The position numbers were made by a program, and so were the translations under genes. Below are positions 8,212 to 16,527 of a stretch of DNA of 63,694 nucleotides, piece by piece (positions within the stretch are counted from its first letter, which is position 1; every line of letters starts with the position of its first letter). Under the pieces are notes generated by a model that made no database searches, had not been told where the DNA came from, and saw nothing but the letters and a program-made list of their open reading frames with translations. The stretch spans positions 1-63,694 of the forward strand of contig JBAZJW010000005.1 in assembly GCA_041651055.1 (NCBI GenBank), in the 5' to 3' direction. Source of the stretch: Minisyncoccota bacterium (GTDB taxonomy: Bacteria; Patescibacteriota; Minisyncoccia; Phycocordibacterales; UBA5272).

Positions 8212-9066
8212 ATGACACAAAGAACAGTAAACAAGTTTACCAGCTTGGCCTACTTGAAAAACATTGGGCTGGAACTGGACATGGCGAAGGAACGACCTTT
8301 GTACTTGAGCGACAGCAAGAAGCTGGACAGCCACAAGGCAATACAGAATGAGGACACCAAAGAAATATGCTGTGTGACCAACACAAACTACACCCTGGTT
8401 CAGCATCGAGAGATGATTAACCAGGTGGTCAACACTTTGAGTGCACTGAACTTGGAGTGTTACGGCAGCGTGGTCAACATGGGAAGCAAGGTCTACGTTA
8501 ACGTCTTGTTCCCGAAGATGAAAGTGAACGACGACGCCAAAGGAATACACTTGGGTGTAAGGTTCACGAATAGCTTCGACTTGACTACAGGCGTGAATTT
8601 TAGCATGTACGGCATGAGGATAGCCTGCGACAATCAGATGTTGCTGAAGAACCTGCTGTTCGCCGAGAGGCGCAAGCACGTTGGAGAGATTGACCTGAAC
8701 GAGATGACAAGGACTTTCCTGGAAGGCGCTGTCACACAGGTCAAAGAGTTTGAGATACTCGTCAATGACTGCATCAAAGACAGCGTTGAATGGAAGTTGC
8801 TCATGCAGTTCTTGGAACAGAACGTTCTGGGCAAGAAGCACCATAACGAGATTGTGGCAAGAATCAACGATACTCTAAAGGCAGAAGGCAGGCGCAAGCC
8901 GACAAGGTGGGATTTGTACAATGCATTCACGCATTACTTGTCGCATGACACTTTGCTCAAGGACGGCATCATTGACTACATGGAAAAGAAAGCAGCCATG
9001 GTACTTGCTGAGCCACTCGAGAACTTTGTTGACCAGACCATTGAGCTTAAAGTTGAAGCTCAATAA
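8212..9066 (+). CDS. DUF932-like protein (phage/plasmid-associated family)
   Basis: YTLVQHREM...GSKVYV...LGVRFTNSFDLTTGVNFSMYGMRIACDNQM resembles the DUF932 core (nShDGs...R.vC.N) as I recall it. Confidence 0.5.
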   Translation: MTQRTVNKFTSLAYLKNIGLELDMAKERPLYLSDSKKLDSHKAIQNEDTKEICCVTNTNYTLVQHREMINQVVNTLSALNLECYGSVVNMGSKVYVNVLFPKMKVNDDAKGIHLGVRFTNSFDLTTGVNFSMYGMRIACDNQMLLKNLLFAERRKHVGEIDLNEMTRTFLEGAVTQVKEFEILVNDCIKDSVEWKLLMQFLEQNVLGKKHHNEIVARINDTLKAEGRRKPTRWDLYNAFTHYLSHDTLLKDGIIDYMEKKAAMVLAEPLENFVDQTIELKVEAQ

Positions 9067-9086
9067 TTTTTTTTATTTTTTATAGT

Positions 9087-9150
9087 AGAAAGATTTAAAT
9101 ACTTGCTTTACATTCCAATATTATAATAACGCTTGGAGGCGCAAACAATG
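9087..9150 (+). promoter_or_regulatory. Early promoter plus conserved leader, copy 2
   Basis: AGAAAGATTTAAATA, then ATATTATAAT, then GCTTGGAGGCGCAAACAATG. A T8 terminator-like run lies just upstream (9067..9082). Confidence 0.7.
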
Positions 9151-9486
9151 AATGAAACAACAAAGTTTGTCTTGACAGGAACACCAAATATAGGGTTTAA
9201 GCCTGAACAAGAAACCATTGAAGCAGAAGTTTCTGTATTCAAAGGAACTAATGAAGGGCTGTGCATAAAGTTCAAGATTGGCAACAGGGAAGTCGTAAGC
9301 ATAGCACCATTTTTCGACGGCGGTAACGTGCTCATCAGCAAAGGACTCAGTGTTGACTTTGATAGCCATGAGGCTTTTGGCCACAATCACCTGTCGCCGT
9401 ATGTGTATGAAGAGCTTACACAACTGCGTACTGACAAGGAAGCTATTGAACGCATTGGAGAAATGCTCAGGGGTGAAAGAAAATGA
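9148..9486 (+). CDS. Hypothetical protein (112 aa)
   Basis: ATG lies behind the conserved leader. Confidence 0.7.
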   Translation: MNETTKFVLTGTPNIGFKPEQETIEAEVSVFKGTNEGLCIKFKIGNREVVSIAPFFDGGNVLISKGLSVDFDSHEAFGHNHLSPYVYEELTQLRTDKEAIERIGEMLRGERK

Positions 9487-9698
9487 AACTAATACAACTC
9501 AAATATTTAATCAAAGATGCTAGAGAATCTGCAACTTTTGAGCGAGCCCATTTTTATGTTTTTGATAGGAATGGTGACAAGAAAAACACAGAACTCAAAG
9601 AAAGAACTAAGCTATATCGTGACGCCTGGATAATAAGCAGACTCGACAGAGCACTTGAGATGATAGAGAAAGAACAGAACAAGAGGAAGCTGAAATGA
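9483..9698 (+). CDS. Hypothetical protein (71 aa)
   Basis: ATGA overlap with the upstream stop. Track ORF. Confidence 0.55.
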   Translation: MKLIQLKYLIKDARESATFERAHFYVFDRNGDKKNTELKERTKLYRDAWIISRLDRALEMIEKEQNKRKLK

Positions 9699-9880
9699 AA
9701 CTTAAAACAATTTCGGTCGAGCACAAGGCTGCCAAGAACTACCGCAGCTACGGAGTAACCCTCACTGCAGAACTTGGAACATTCGAGGACGAGAATGCCT
9801 GCGTGAAAGAACTCCAGGCACGAGCAAGGAAGTATGTGGCAGAGCAGCAGAACATTGACGGGGGAATCGGCAGTGTTTAA
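9695..9880 (+). CDS. Hypothetical protein (61 aa), possibly the N-terminal part of a fused 9695..10208 product
   Basis: ATGA overlap with the upstream stop. It ends 16 nt after a G5 run (9860..9864), where the next frame is already open. Confidence 0.5.
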   Translation: MKLKTISVEHKAAKNYRSYGVTLTAELGTFEDENACVKELQARARKYVAEQQNIDGGIGSV

Positions 9881-10208
9881 TTTTCCCAATACCACGTCAC
9901 TGTTAGCTAGGCGTAACGAACTGTTCAAGATAGCAGACGACTCCAGCCAGACGCCTGAGCGCAGAGAAGCAGCACGCAAAGAAGCAGACAAGCTAACAGA
10001 ACAGGCAATGACGCAGGCACGGGAACAGGCCATGAAAGAACCTGTCGAGCCACTTACACAAAAACCCACTGAACCCAAATCTGTTCGTGGAAGCAAAATA
10101 ACTCACATTCAATGCGCCAAGTGCGGTGCTATGAAACCGATTTACGTTGACCGCTTGAACAAAAATCCAAGCAAGTACGTGAACTGGAAATGCTCAAAAT
10201 GCAGGTGA
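9834..10208 (+). CDS. Hypothetical protein with C-terminal zinc ribbon (start uncertain)
   Basis: CAKCG...CSKC at the C-terminus. It overlaps the previous ORF by 47 nt. Confidence 0.5.
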   Translation: MWQSSRTLTGESAVFNFPNTTSLLARRNELFKIADDSSQTPERREAARKEADKLTEQAMTQAREQAMKEPVEPLTQKPTEPKSVRGSKITHIQCAKCGAMKPIYVDRLNKNPSKYVNWKCSKCR

Positions 10209-10213
10209 AGACA

Positions 10214-10351
10214 ATGCTGAAACAGATGATACTCGTAGGTAATGAAATAGAAATACTTGAGAGAGCATTAACCTTTATGGAATCCGAGAAAGAATTTACA
10301 GAGGACGAAATGAGACTGTTTCGAAGAGCACACTACATTAATAAAGGGTGA
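10214..10351 (+). CDS. Hypothetical protein (45 aa)
   Basis: Hand-translated MLKQMILVGNEIEILERALTFMESEKEF.... Confidence 0.35.
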   Translation: MLKQMILVGNEIEILERALTFMESEKEFTEDEMRLFRRAHYINKG

Positions 10352-10356
10352 AACAA

Positions 10357-10521
10357 ATGGCAGAAGTTGAGAAAGCAATAGTTGAAGTGAACTTCACTCT
10401 GTTGAAGAGTGTGTTCGCAAACAAAGGCGTATGCATTTGCTCGTTAACACAACAGTGTCCTTGTAAGGATTTTGTGTTCAACAAGAAGTGCAAGTGTCAA
10501 ACGTTCAAGGTGCAACAATGA
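10357..10521 (+). CDS. Small Cys-rich protein (54 aa; CIC-x5-CPC-x9-CKC)
   Basis: Hand-translated MAEVEKAIVEVNFTLLKSVFANKGVCICSLTQQCPCKDFVFNKKCKCQTFKVQQ. Confidence 0.4.
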   Translation: MAEVEKAIVEVNFTLLKSVFANKGVCICSLTQQCPCKDFVFNKKCKCQTFKVQQ

Positions 10522-10673
10522 CCAAGATGACACTCCCATGGGCTAACAAGTTCAGGGAACTTGTAAAAAATTCGTCTAGTTCACCAGAAATAATTATGAA
10601 GTTCACCAAATATTGTGACGAACAAGAAAGAAAACTAATGGAGGCGTGGAAGAATGGCAAAAATAAAGTTTAG
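10518..10673 (+). CDS. Hypothetical protein (51 aa)
   Basis: ATGA overlap with the upstream stop. It is in frame with track ORF 10488..10673. Confidence 0.4.
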   Translation: MTKMTLPWANKFRELVKNSSSSPEIIMKFTKYCDEQERKLMEAWKNGKNKV

Positions 10674-11538
10674 GGAAGACTTGCGCTTGAGCAAGCACAA
10701 CAAAGAGCAGCTTCTTGTAATCAACAAGATTATCGAGGAGTATGCAGCAGAAGGCTACAAGCTGACACTCAGGCAGCTTTATTACCAGCTTGTAAGTCGT
10801 GACATCATAGCAAACCAAGTGCGTGAGTACGCAAAACTTAGCAACCTGTTAGTAAAGGGCAGGATGGCAGGCGTTGTAGATTGGGACGCAATTGAAGACC
10901 GTGTTCGAAGACCTTTCCTGCCGTACTGGTGTGAAGACGTGCCTGACGCAATCAATGACATTACGAACTCGTACAGGCTTGACCGACAGAAAGACCAAGA
11001 CACATACATTGAAGTTTGGGTTGAGAAGGACGCCTTGTCTGGTGTGCTTAGACGCATAACAAGTGAGTTCCACGTCAACCTAATGGTCAACAGGGGATAC
11101 AGTTCGTGCACAGCAATGTATGACGCTGCCAAAAGGATGAAGAACGCAATGTGTAATGACAAAGAATGTCACATACTGTACTTAGGCGACCACGACCCGT
11201 CAGGGCTTGACATGGTCAGGGACATCAGGGACAGACTCGCTGAGTTCGGCGTTGACGTCACTGTCAAAGCAATAGGACTAACGACAGAGCAGGTCAAGAA
11301 GTACAACCCACCGCCTAATCCAGCGAAGATAACAGACCCACGTGCTGGAGCATATATAAGAGAACACGGCAGAGTTTCGTGGGAAGTGGACGCCCTGAAT
11401 CCGAAAACGCTTCACGCTCTTGTCAGGTCAAACGTAACAGCACTGATTGACATGGACAAGTTCAACAAAATCGTTGAGCAAGAAGAAGAAGACAAGAAGA
11501 AACTGACAAGGATAGCCGTAGAATATGAGGAGGATTGA
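10654..11538 (+). CDS. Topoisomerase VI subunit A / Spo11-like protein without a B subunit ('Mini-A'-like)
   Basis: LTLRQLYYQLV gives a candidate catalytic Tyr in a winged helix. Toprim Glu in VWVEKDAL and the acidic cluster in YLGDHDPSGLDM. Confidence 0.5.
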   Translation: MAKIKFREDLRLSKHNKEQLLVINKIIEEYAAEGYKLTLRQLYYQLVSRDIIANQVREYAKLSNLLVKGRMAGVVDWDAIEDRVRRPFLPYWCEDVPDAINDITNSYRLDRQKDQDTYIEVWVEKDALSGVLRRITSEFHVNLMVNRGYSSCTAMYDAAKRMKNAMCNDKECHILYLGDHDPSGLDMVRDIRDRLAEFGVDVTVKAIGLTTEQVKKYNPPPNPAKITDPRAGAYIREHGRVSWEVDALNPKTLHALVRSNVTALIDMDKFNKIVEQEEEDKKKLTRIAVEYEED

Positions 11539-11542
11539 GAAA

Positions 11543-11746
11543 ATGACCGAAAAAGAATGTCCAGATTGTCAAGGAAGCGGATACGAAGAGTGCCCAACTT
11601 GTGGAGCAGAAGACATGCTCACTTGTGAAGCATGCGATGGCACTGGAGTGATTGAAGTTGAAGACAAGTGCCCAGACTGCGGAGCAGACACTGAAGAAGA
11701 AGTTGAATCCAGACGTGACGCAATGCCAGATGAAGGTGATGAATAA
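11543..11746 (+). CDS. DnaJ-type zinc-finger protein (CxxCxGxG repeats) with acidic tail
   Basis: Motifs CPDCQGSG, CPTCG, CEACDGTG and CPDCG. Confidence 0.6.
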   Translation: MTEKECPDCQGSGYEECPTCGAEDMLTCEACDGTGVIEVEDKCPDCGADTEEEVESRRDAMPDEGDE

Positions 11747-12174
11747 TGACGGATGAAACATTTGAACAAGCAATTCAAATGGGTGATGATTATTTACAAC
11801 ATTGTCCAAATGAAATTGAAAAACTAAGACAAGAACTGACCGACCTGAATGCTTCCATAAAAAACTTGGAAGATAGGCAGGTGCTGTCAAGGAATCTTTT
11901 AGCCAAGGGTGATGAGAGCTACGCCAATGAGAAGCTGGAACTCATCAACCAGATTGCACTGGAGAAGGACGGGGACAAGCCTAAGTTCAGCAACGAAGTG
12001 AAGCGCAATGCTAGATTCCAGGAGCTTATGGCCACTGGTCATCCGCTTCATACACTGAAAGCACAGCTTGAGGATGACAAGACAAAGCTAGAGTACAGCT
12101 ACAACGAACTGAGTTTTTTGAAGAGAAAGTTTCAGGTGCTGCTATTGATTAGAGGCACTGACGTTAATGTTTAG
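11746..12174 (+). CDS. Hypothetical coiled-coil protein (142 aa)
   Basis: Track ORF with ATGA-type junction. Confidence 0.6.
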   Translation: MTDETFEQAIQMGDDYLQHCPNEIEKLRQELTDLNASIKNLEDRQVLSRNLLAKGDESYANEKLELINQIALEKDGDKPKFSNEVKRNARFQELMATGHPLHTLKAQLEDDKTKLEYSYNELSFLKRKFQVLLLIRGTDVNV

Positions 12175-12316
12175 TTTCGTTTCAGGGCAGAAGGAGTGAA
12201 CCAGAAGAAATGTCCGACGACATCGTCACTGTTTGATAGCCTCTTCAGTGGTGTGCAGTCACGTTTTCTTTTGCGCCTCCAAATTCTGCCCTGTCATAAT
12301 CACTGAGGTAACTCAA

Positions 12317-12562
12317 ATGAAATGCAATCACGAAATAGCCCTTCACACTGGCAAGCAACTGGAGCAAGAATTGGCCGACGTTGACATAGCAGGAGACTTT
12401 AAGAAAACATTGACTGACCTGCTGACTTGTGGAAGGTGCAGTACTGTTGTAACCAACACGGGACAGTATGAGCGAGTGCCTAATGCCATGGCAGAAATAT
12501 ACGTGGAGAAGGGCATGTACAAGCGTTACAAGGTTTATAGGTTGAAGATTGAAGACTATTAG
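12317..12562 (+). CDS. Hypothetical protein (81 aa)
   Basis: ATG 12317 lies behind GAGGTA. The track ORF begins at an upstream alternative start that is unlikely to be used. Confidence 0.5.
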   Translation: MKCNHEIALHTGKQLEQELADVDIAGDFKKTLTDLLTCGRCSTVVTNTGQYERVPNAMAEIYVEKGMYKRYKVYRLKIEDY

Positions 12563-12600
12563 AGCCTCTATAAAGCTTGTTTCCGAGTGTGGAAAAGAGA

Positions 12601-12663
12601 AACATTTATATACTAGCTTGTCCTACTATTATAATATAAAAATGCTTGGAGGCGCAAAAAATG
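12601..12663 (+). promoter_or_regulatory. Early promoter plus conserved leader, copy 3
   Basis: AACATTTATATA, then CTATTATAAT, then GCTTGGAGGCGCAAAAAATG. Confidence 0.7.
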
Positions 12664-12855
12664 AATAAAATACAAATATCTGAAAACAAACGCTGGGAAA
12701 TGGCAGCCAGGGCAAACGACGATTTGGCAGATGCTCTAATAGAGAATAAGATGTCTAAGGACGACAAGGCAGCATTCGTTGACTGTTACAAAAAAGATAT
12801 ATGCAAGATGCTTTGGAACAAGGCTAGGTTGTGCCGAGAGAACGTGGTGAACTAA
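12661..12855 (+). CDS. Hypothetical protein (64 aa)
   Basis: ATG lies behind the conserved leader. Confidence 0.65.
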   Translation: MNKIQISENKRWEMAARANDDLADALIENKMSKDDKAAFVDCYKKDICKMLWNKARLCRENVVN

Positions 12856-12856
12856 A

Positions 12857-12982
12857 ATGAACTGCGAGCAATTCCTCAAGAAGCACAAGATGTTCTACAT
12901 GGAACTGTACGAACTAATCTTTGTTCTTACTCTGGCTGGATTTACCAGCCGAGAGATTCAGAAGTGGGCGGGGGTGTTCTAA
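12857..12982 (+). CDS. Hypothetical protein (41 aa)
   Basis: Hand-translated MNCEQFLKKHKMFYMELYELIFVLTLAGFTSREIQKWAGVF. Confidence 0.35.
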   Translation: MNCEQFLKKHKMFYMELYELIFVLTLAGFTSREIQKWAGVF

Positions 12983-12983
12983 T

Positions 12984-14189
12984 ATGACTGACTGGACTCC
13001 ATTAAGCCCGAGGTCTTGGCAAGCAGACGCCTATGCCAAGTGGGAAGCAGCACACTTTTCAGCAACCATTGAAGCAGGCACAGGCTCAGGCAAGACATAC
13101 TTGGGCTTGATGGTCAGGCACCAGTTTCCGACCAAGAAGCTTCTTGTTGTCGTGCCCACGATTCACTTAATGTACCAGTGGGACAAGGAGTTCAAGGGCG
13201 CATTCGAGGGCTTGTCAATAGGAATGGTTGGTGAAGGCTTCCACAATTTCGAGGAAGATATTACAATTGCCGTAGTGAACAGCATTCGTGAAGAAGACCT
13301 AAAAGTGTTTGAGATAGTCATTCTTGACGAGGCTCACAGGTACATGAGCATAGTCAACAGGCTTTTCTTGGAGCGCCACAAGTTTCCTATACTGATGGCT
13401 CTGACCGCAACCATGGAGCGTGAGGACGGACTTCACAAGTCATTCCTGGCCAACTACCCCTGCGTTTACAAGATTAGCCAGAAGGACTGCATTGACGCTG
13501 GATGGCTTTGCAAGTACTCAGTAGTTAATCTTCCGTGCCCACTTCTCCCAGCAGAGCAAGAAGCTTATGATTCCGCTCACGGGTTCGTTAGGGCTAACTG
13601 GCATAGGTATCAGACAATGGCTGGAGTCATGGCAGGCATGAGGCAAGGAGAAGGCACGGCATTCAATCTGATGAAAGCCATTTCTACTAGGAGAAGTGTA
13701 CTGCTTAACAGCGCAACCAAGATAGTCTACACTGCAAACCTAATAGTCAAGGAGCCGAACGTGAAGACAATTGTCTTCGGTGAGTACAAGAACGCTGCTG
13801 AGAAGCTTTACAAAATCCTGCAGAAGTACAACATTCCTTGCGCCATTTATCACAGTGGCATGGGAATGAAGAAGCGTCAGGACATGCTCGAGCAGTTCAA
13901 GGACGACAAGTTCAAGGTCATGATTAGCGTGAAGGCACTTGACGAGGGCTTGAACGTTCCAGCAGTGGAACGTGCTATCATCATGGGCGGTAGCAAAGTT
14001 GAGCGTCAGATGACGCAGCGTCTCGGCAGAGTCCTAAGAGGGCAAGAGAATAAGAAAGCCTTAGTCATCCAGCTTTACATTCCAGACACTAAGGATGAAG
14101 ACTGGACGAAGGCAAGAACCAAGCCATTCGAAGGAGCTGCCGAGAAGATAGTTTGGGCGAAGAGTTCAGTGCTTCCAGAAATGATTTAA
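12984..14189 (+). CDS. Superfamily 2 DEAH-box DNA helicase
   Basis: Walker A EAGTGSGKT, DEAH box ILDEAHR, motif III TATMER, motif VI QRLGRVLR. Confidence 0.85.
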   Translation: MTDWTPLSPRSWQADAYAKWEAAHFSATIEAGTGSGKTYLGLMVRHQFPTKKLLVVVPTIHLMYQWDKEFKGAFEGLSIGMVGEGFHNFEEDITIAVVNSIREEDLKVFEIVILDEAHRYMSIVNRLFLERHKFPILMALTATMEREDGLHKSFLANYPCVYKISQKDCIDAGWLCKYSVVNLPCPLLPAEQEAYDSAHGFVRANWHRYQTMAGVMAGMRQGEGTAFNLMKAISTRRSVLLNSATKIVYTANLIVKEPNVKTIVFGEYKNAAEKLYKILQKYNIPCAIYHSGMGMKKRQDMLEQFKDDKFKVMISVKALDEGLNVPAVERAIIMGGSKVERQMTQRLGRVLRGQENKKALVIQLYIPDTKDEDWTKARTKPFEGAAEKIVWAKSSVLPEMI

Positions 14190-14201
14190 AGAATTAAATA
14201 G

Positions 14202-14240
14202 CCTCTGTTAGCTTAACAGAGGATTATTTTTCTTTATTTC
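14202..14240 (+). terminator. Hairpin plus T-rich tract after the helicase gene
   Basis: CCTCTGTTA-gct-TAACAGAGG (9-bp stem) is followed by ATTATTTTTCTTTATTTC. Confidence 0.6.
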
Positions 14241-14241
14241 T

Positions 14242-14296
14242 GCTATATAGTTAGGTTTAAATATATGTTTACTATTATAATTATAGGTGAATACAA
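14242..14296 (+). promoter_or_regulatory. Promoter of the regulator/glycosylation operon, with CTATATAG palindrome
   Basis: The order is TGCTATATAG, TTAGG, TTTAAATA, ..., CTATTATAAT, ..., GGTGA. Confidence 0.6.
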
Positions 14297-14434
14297 ATGC
14301 CAAATGTGAATCTAGACAGGACAATTAATATTTCGGTCAGCGTACGCATTGACCAGTACAAGTGGCTCAAAGCTAACAAGTTCAACCGCTCAAAGCTTTT
14401 TCAGGAGTTCGTGGACAAGCAAATGAAAAAATGA
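14297..14434 (+). CDS. Ribbon-helix-helix (CopG/Arc-like) DNA-binding protein (45 aa)
   Basis: Hand-translated MPNVNLDRTINISVSVRIDQYKWLKANKFNRSKLFQEFVDKQMKK, which has a beta-strand then two-helix pattern. Confidence 0.5.
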   Translation: MPNVNLDRTINISVSVRIDQYKWLKANKFNRSKLFQEFVDKQMKK

Positions 14435-14649
14435 ATCAGGTAAAACTCAGGGCTATATCCAGCAGGCACGGCAACGAATCTTTCGGTGTAACTATCCCTA
14501 TTGAGATTGCCAGCAAATACGAAGGCACTTACTTTCACGTCACAGAACGTGACGGGTGTATTCTTTTAGTTTCAGGATGTCATGCAGAGGTGAAGAGGGA
14601 TGCAAGAGAAAATAAAATTGGGGTGGATGTCAGATTCGCCAATGTTTAA
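14431..14649 (+). CDS. AbrB/SpoVT-type (swapped-hairpin) DNA-binding protein
   Basis: The GVTIPIEIASKY pattern. ATGA overlap with the upstream stop. Confidence 0.5.
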   Translation: MNQVKLRAISSRHGNESFGVTIPIEIASKYEGTYFHVTERDGCILLVSGCHAEVKRDARENKIGVDVRFANV

Positions 14650-15811
14650 CACGGGCTTCTCGAGTATTAGCCGTGACCTAATCAACAGGCTTAACAAGAA
14701 GCCTCAGTATGATTGCAAGTATCTAGGGCATAATTACCAAGGTCAGGCACTGACACGGGGTACAAAGTTCATTGACGGAAGTGAACTTGACTTCGAGCTT
14801 CACGGCGGTGGAATGAAACCCTTTGCTCAGGACGTCATGAGTTGGTGGATTAAACAGCAGAAGCTTGACGTGTTCGGCGTCCTGTTAGATACGTTCATGC
14901 TTTACGGCAGTGACGGGTGGTTTCTTAGACAGGATACTAGCCCTGCAAAGACTATAATGTATTTTCCAAGTGACGGTGAAGCCTGTCTTCCAATCAACTG
15001 CGAGAACATTCTTAGGAAGGTTGACATGCCAGTGGCCATGAGCAAGTTCGCCAAGAAGCAGGCATGGGACGTTTACAAAATAAAGACGGAGTACATTCCT
15101 CATGCTGTTGACCAAAAGCTTTTCTTTCCATTCACAACGGAAGAAAGAATTGCGCTTAAAGCAAAGTGGGGCTTGAAGAACAAGTTTGTTGTTGGCACTG
15201 TGGCCAGGAATCAGCCACGGAAAATGCTGGACAGAACTTTCAAGGCATTCAAGATATTCGCTGAAGGAAAGGATGACGTGGTTTTGTTCTTGCATTCCGA
15301 CCCGAATGATATTTCTGCAGTATTTGATTCTTATCAGTTGATGATGCGGTACAACATTCAGAATAAGGTGTTGTTTTCAGGAGTAAAATATTTTAGAGGT
15401 CTTCCATACAAGGAAATGAACAGCGTATACAACATCATGGACGTTCACTTCTTGTCAACATCTGGTGAGGGCTTCGGAGTTCCAACCATTGAAGCTGCTG
15501 CTTGTGGAATCCCGTCAGTAGTGACAGACATTACCACCACGCAAGAACTCTTGGTTGAAGACGGGGAATGCGGACTTCCAGTGAAGTGCCTTGGCGGAGA
15601 ACTTGATACGCTAACTGGAAGCTGGAATGTTGAGCGAGGAGTAATGGACATTCTGGACGCAGCTAAACAATTGCAAAAACTTTATGATGACGCCAAGCTT
15701 AGAGCCAAGCTCGGCGAGAACGGAGTGAAGAAAGTCGAGAAGTTCTATGACTGGGAAAAAGTTGCGGATGACTGGGACAGGCTAATCAGGGAGAAGGTGA
15801 TGGAACTGTGA
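14600..15811 (+). CDS. GT-B glycosyltransferase, family 4-like
   Basis: STSGEGFGVPTIEAAACGIPSVV is an E-x7-E type motif. SD GAGGTGAAGAGGG precedes the ATG. Confidence 0.75.
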   Translation: MQEKIKLGWMSDSPMFNTGFSSISRDLINRLNKKPQYDCKYLGHNYQGQALTRGTKFIDGSELDFELHGGGMKPFAQDVMSWWIKQQKLDVFGVLLDTFMLYGSDGWFLRQDTSPAKTIMYFPSDGEACLPINCENILRKVDMPVAMSKFAKKQAWDVYKIKTEYIPHAVDQKLFFPFTTEERIALKAKWGLKNKFVVGTVARNQPRKMLDRTFKAFKIFAEGKDDVVLFLHSDPNDISAVFDSYQLMMRYNIQNKVLFSGVKYFRGLPYKEMNSVYNIMDVHFLSTSGEGFGVPTIEAAACGIPSVVTDITTTQELLVEDGECGLPVKCLGGELDTLTGSWNVERGVMDILDAAKQLQKLYDDAKLRAKLGENGVKKVEKFYDWEKVADDWDRLIREKVMEL

Positions 15812-16527
15812 TTATTGCAGCAATGATTTTTCAGAACTCCGAAGACTACATTGAAATGGCTTTGAAGTCAGTCATGACGTGGGCTGACAAGATAGTTCTG
15901 GTGAATGGTGGCTGCACTGACAAGACTCTGGACATTATAACACACCTTAGAGATGAAAGGTTTGTAATGATTTTTAATCCTTGGGATTCTAAGGACAAAG
16001 GCATGGACGGCAAGCAGCGGAATGTGTACTTGAAATATCTTCTGGAAAATCATATTGGTGACTGGTGCTTAGTCATTGACAGTGACGAAGTGGCGAGTGA
16101 TAGCTGCGTGTACCTTAAAAAGAATCTTGAAGAAGTGGAAGCGCAAGGAATCAATGTCATCAGTCCTAAAATGGAGCATTTCATGTACGACTTGAAGCAC
16201 GTTGACGCTTCAATGGACAAGCACTGGTGTCTTCACAGGCTGTTCAAAGTACAGCCAGGGCTTCACTATCCAGAAGTTGAGCACAACGTTTTAGAAGTGC
16301 CCAACATTAAGCATGCGCATACCGAAGGTATAACACTGTATCACTTAGGATATATTAGAGGATTGTTTAGTGTCATGAACAGGTACAACAAGAATCTAAG
16401 CAAGAGCAACATTCATACGCCAGAATTTTTAGACAGGTGGAAGAATCATCACATTCTAGGAACGTACCCTACAAGATTTTATAATGGTGAGTACCCTAGA
16501 GCAATGAAAGAATACTTTGGCATTTGA
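15808..16527 (+). CDS. GT-A glycosyltransferase, family 2-like
   Basis: IIAAMIFQNSEDYIEMALKSV...LVIDSDEV has a DxD-type motif. Confidence 0.6.
   Translation: MIIAAMIFQNSEDYIEMALKSVMTWADKIVLVNGGCTDKTLDIITHLRDERFVMIFNPWDSKDKGMDGKQRNVYLKYLLENHIGDWCLVIDSDEVASDSCVYLKKNLEEVEAQGINVISPKMEHFMYDLKHVDASMDKHWCLHRLFKVQPGLHYPEVEHNVLEVPNIKHAHTEGITLYHLGYIRGLFSVMNRYNKNLSKSNIHTPEFLDRWKNHHILGTYPTRFYNGEYPRAMKEYFGI

Noticed and set aside
8161-8844. 227-aa minus-strand ORF in the track, with similar long antisense ORFs at 9554..10096, 54247..54966, 55384..55920, 62697..63161 and 56320..56841
   Set aside because: Each lies antisense to a + strand gene with clear motifs or conserved leaders, in an arm where every supported gene is on the + strand. 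The translations are low complexity (Leu/Ser/Val/His-rich) and lack SD or promoter signals.
10357-10521. 54-aa CIC...CPC...CKC protein as a ferredoxin:thioredoxin-reductase catalytic-subunit-like protein
   Set aside because: Only the CxC spacing is reminiscent. The protein is about half the expected size and I cannot align the rest. It is left as a generic Cys-rich small protein.
14297-14649. The RHH plus AbrB pair as a toxin-antitoxin module
   Set aside because: Both proteins look like DNA-binding antitoxin/regulator folds, and no toxin-like partner follows, since the next gene is a glycosyltransferase. A transcription-regulator role fits better.
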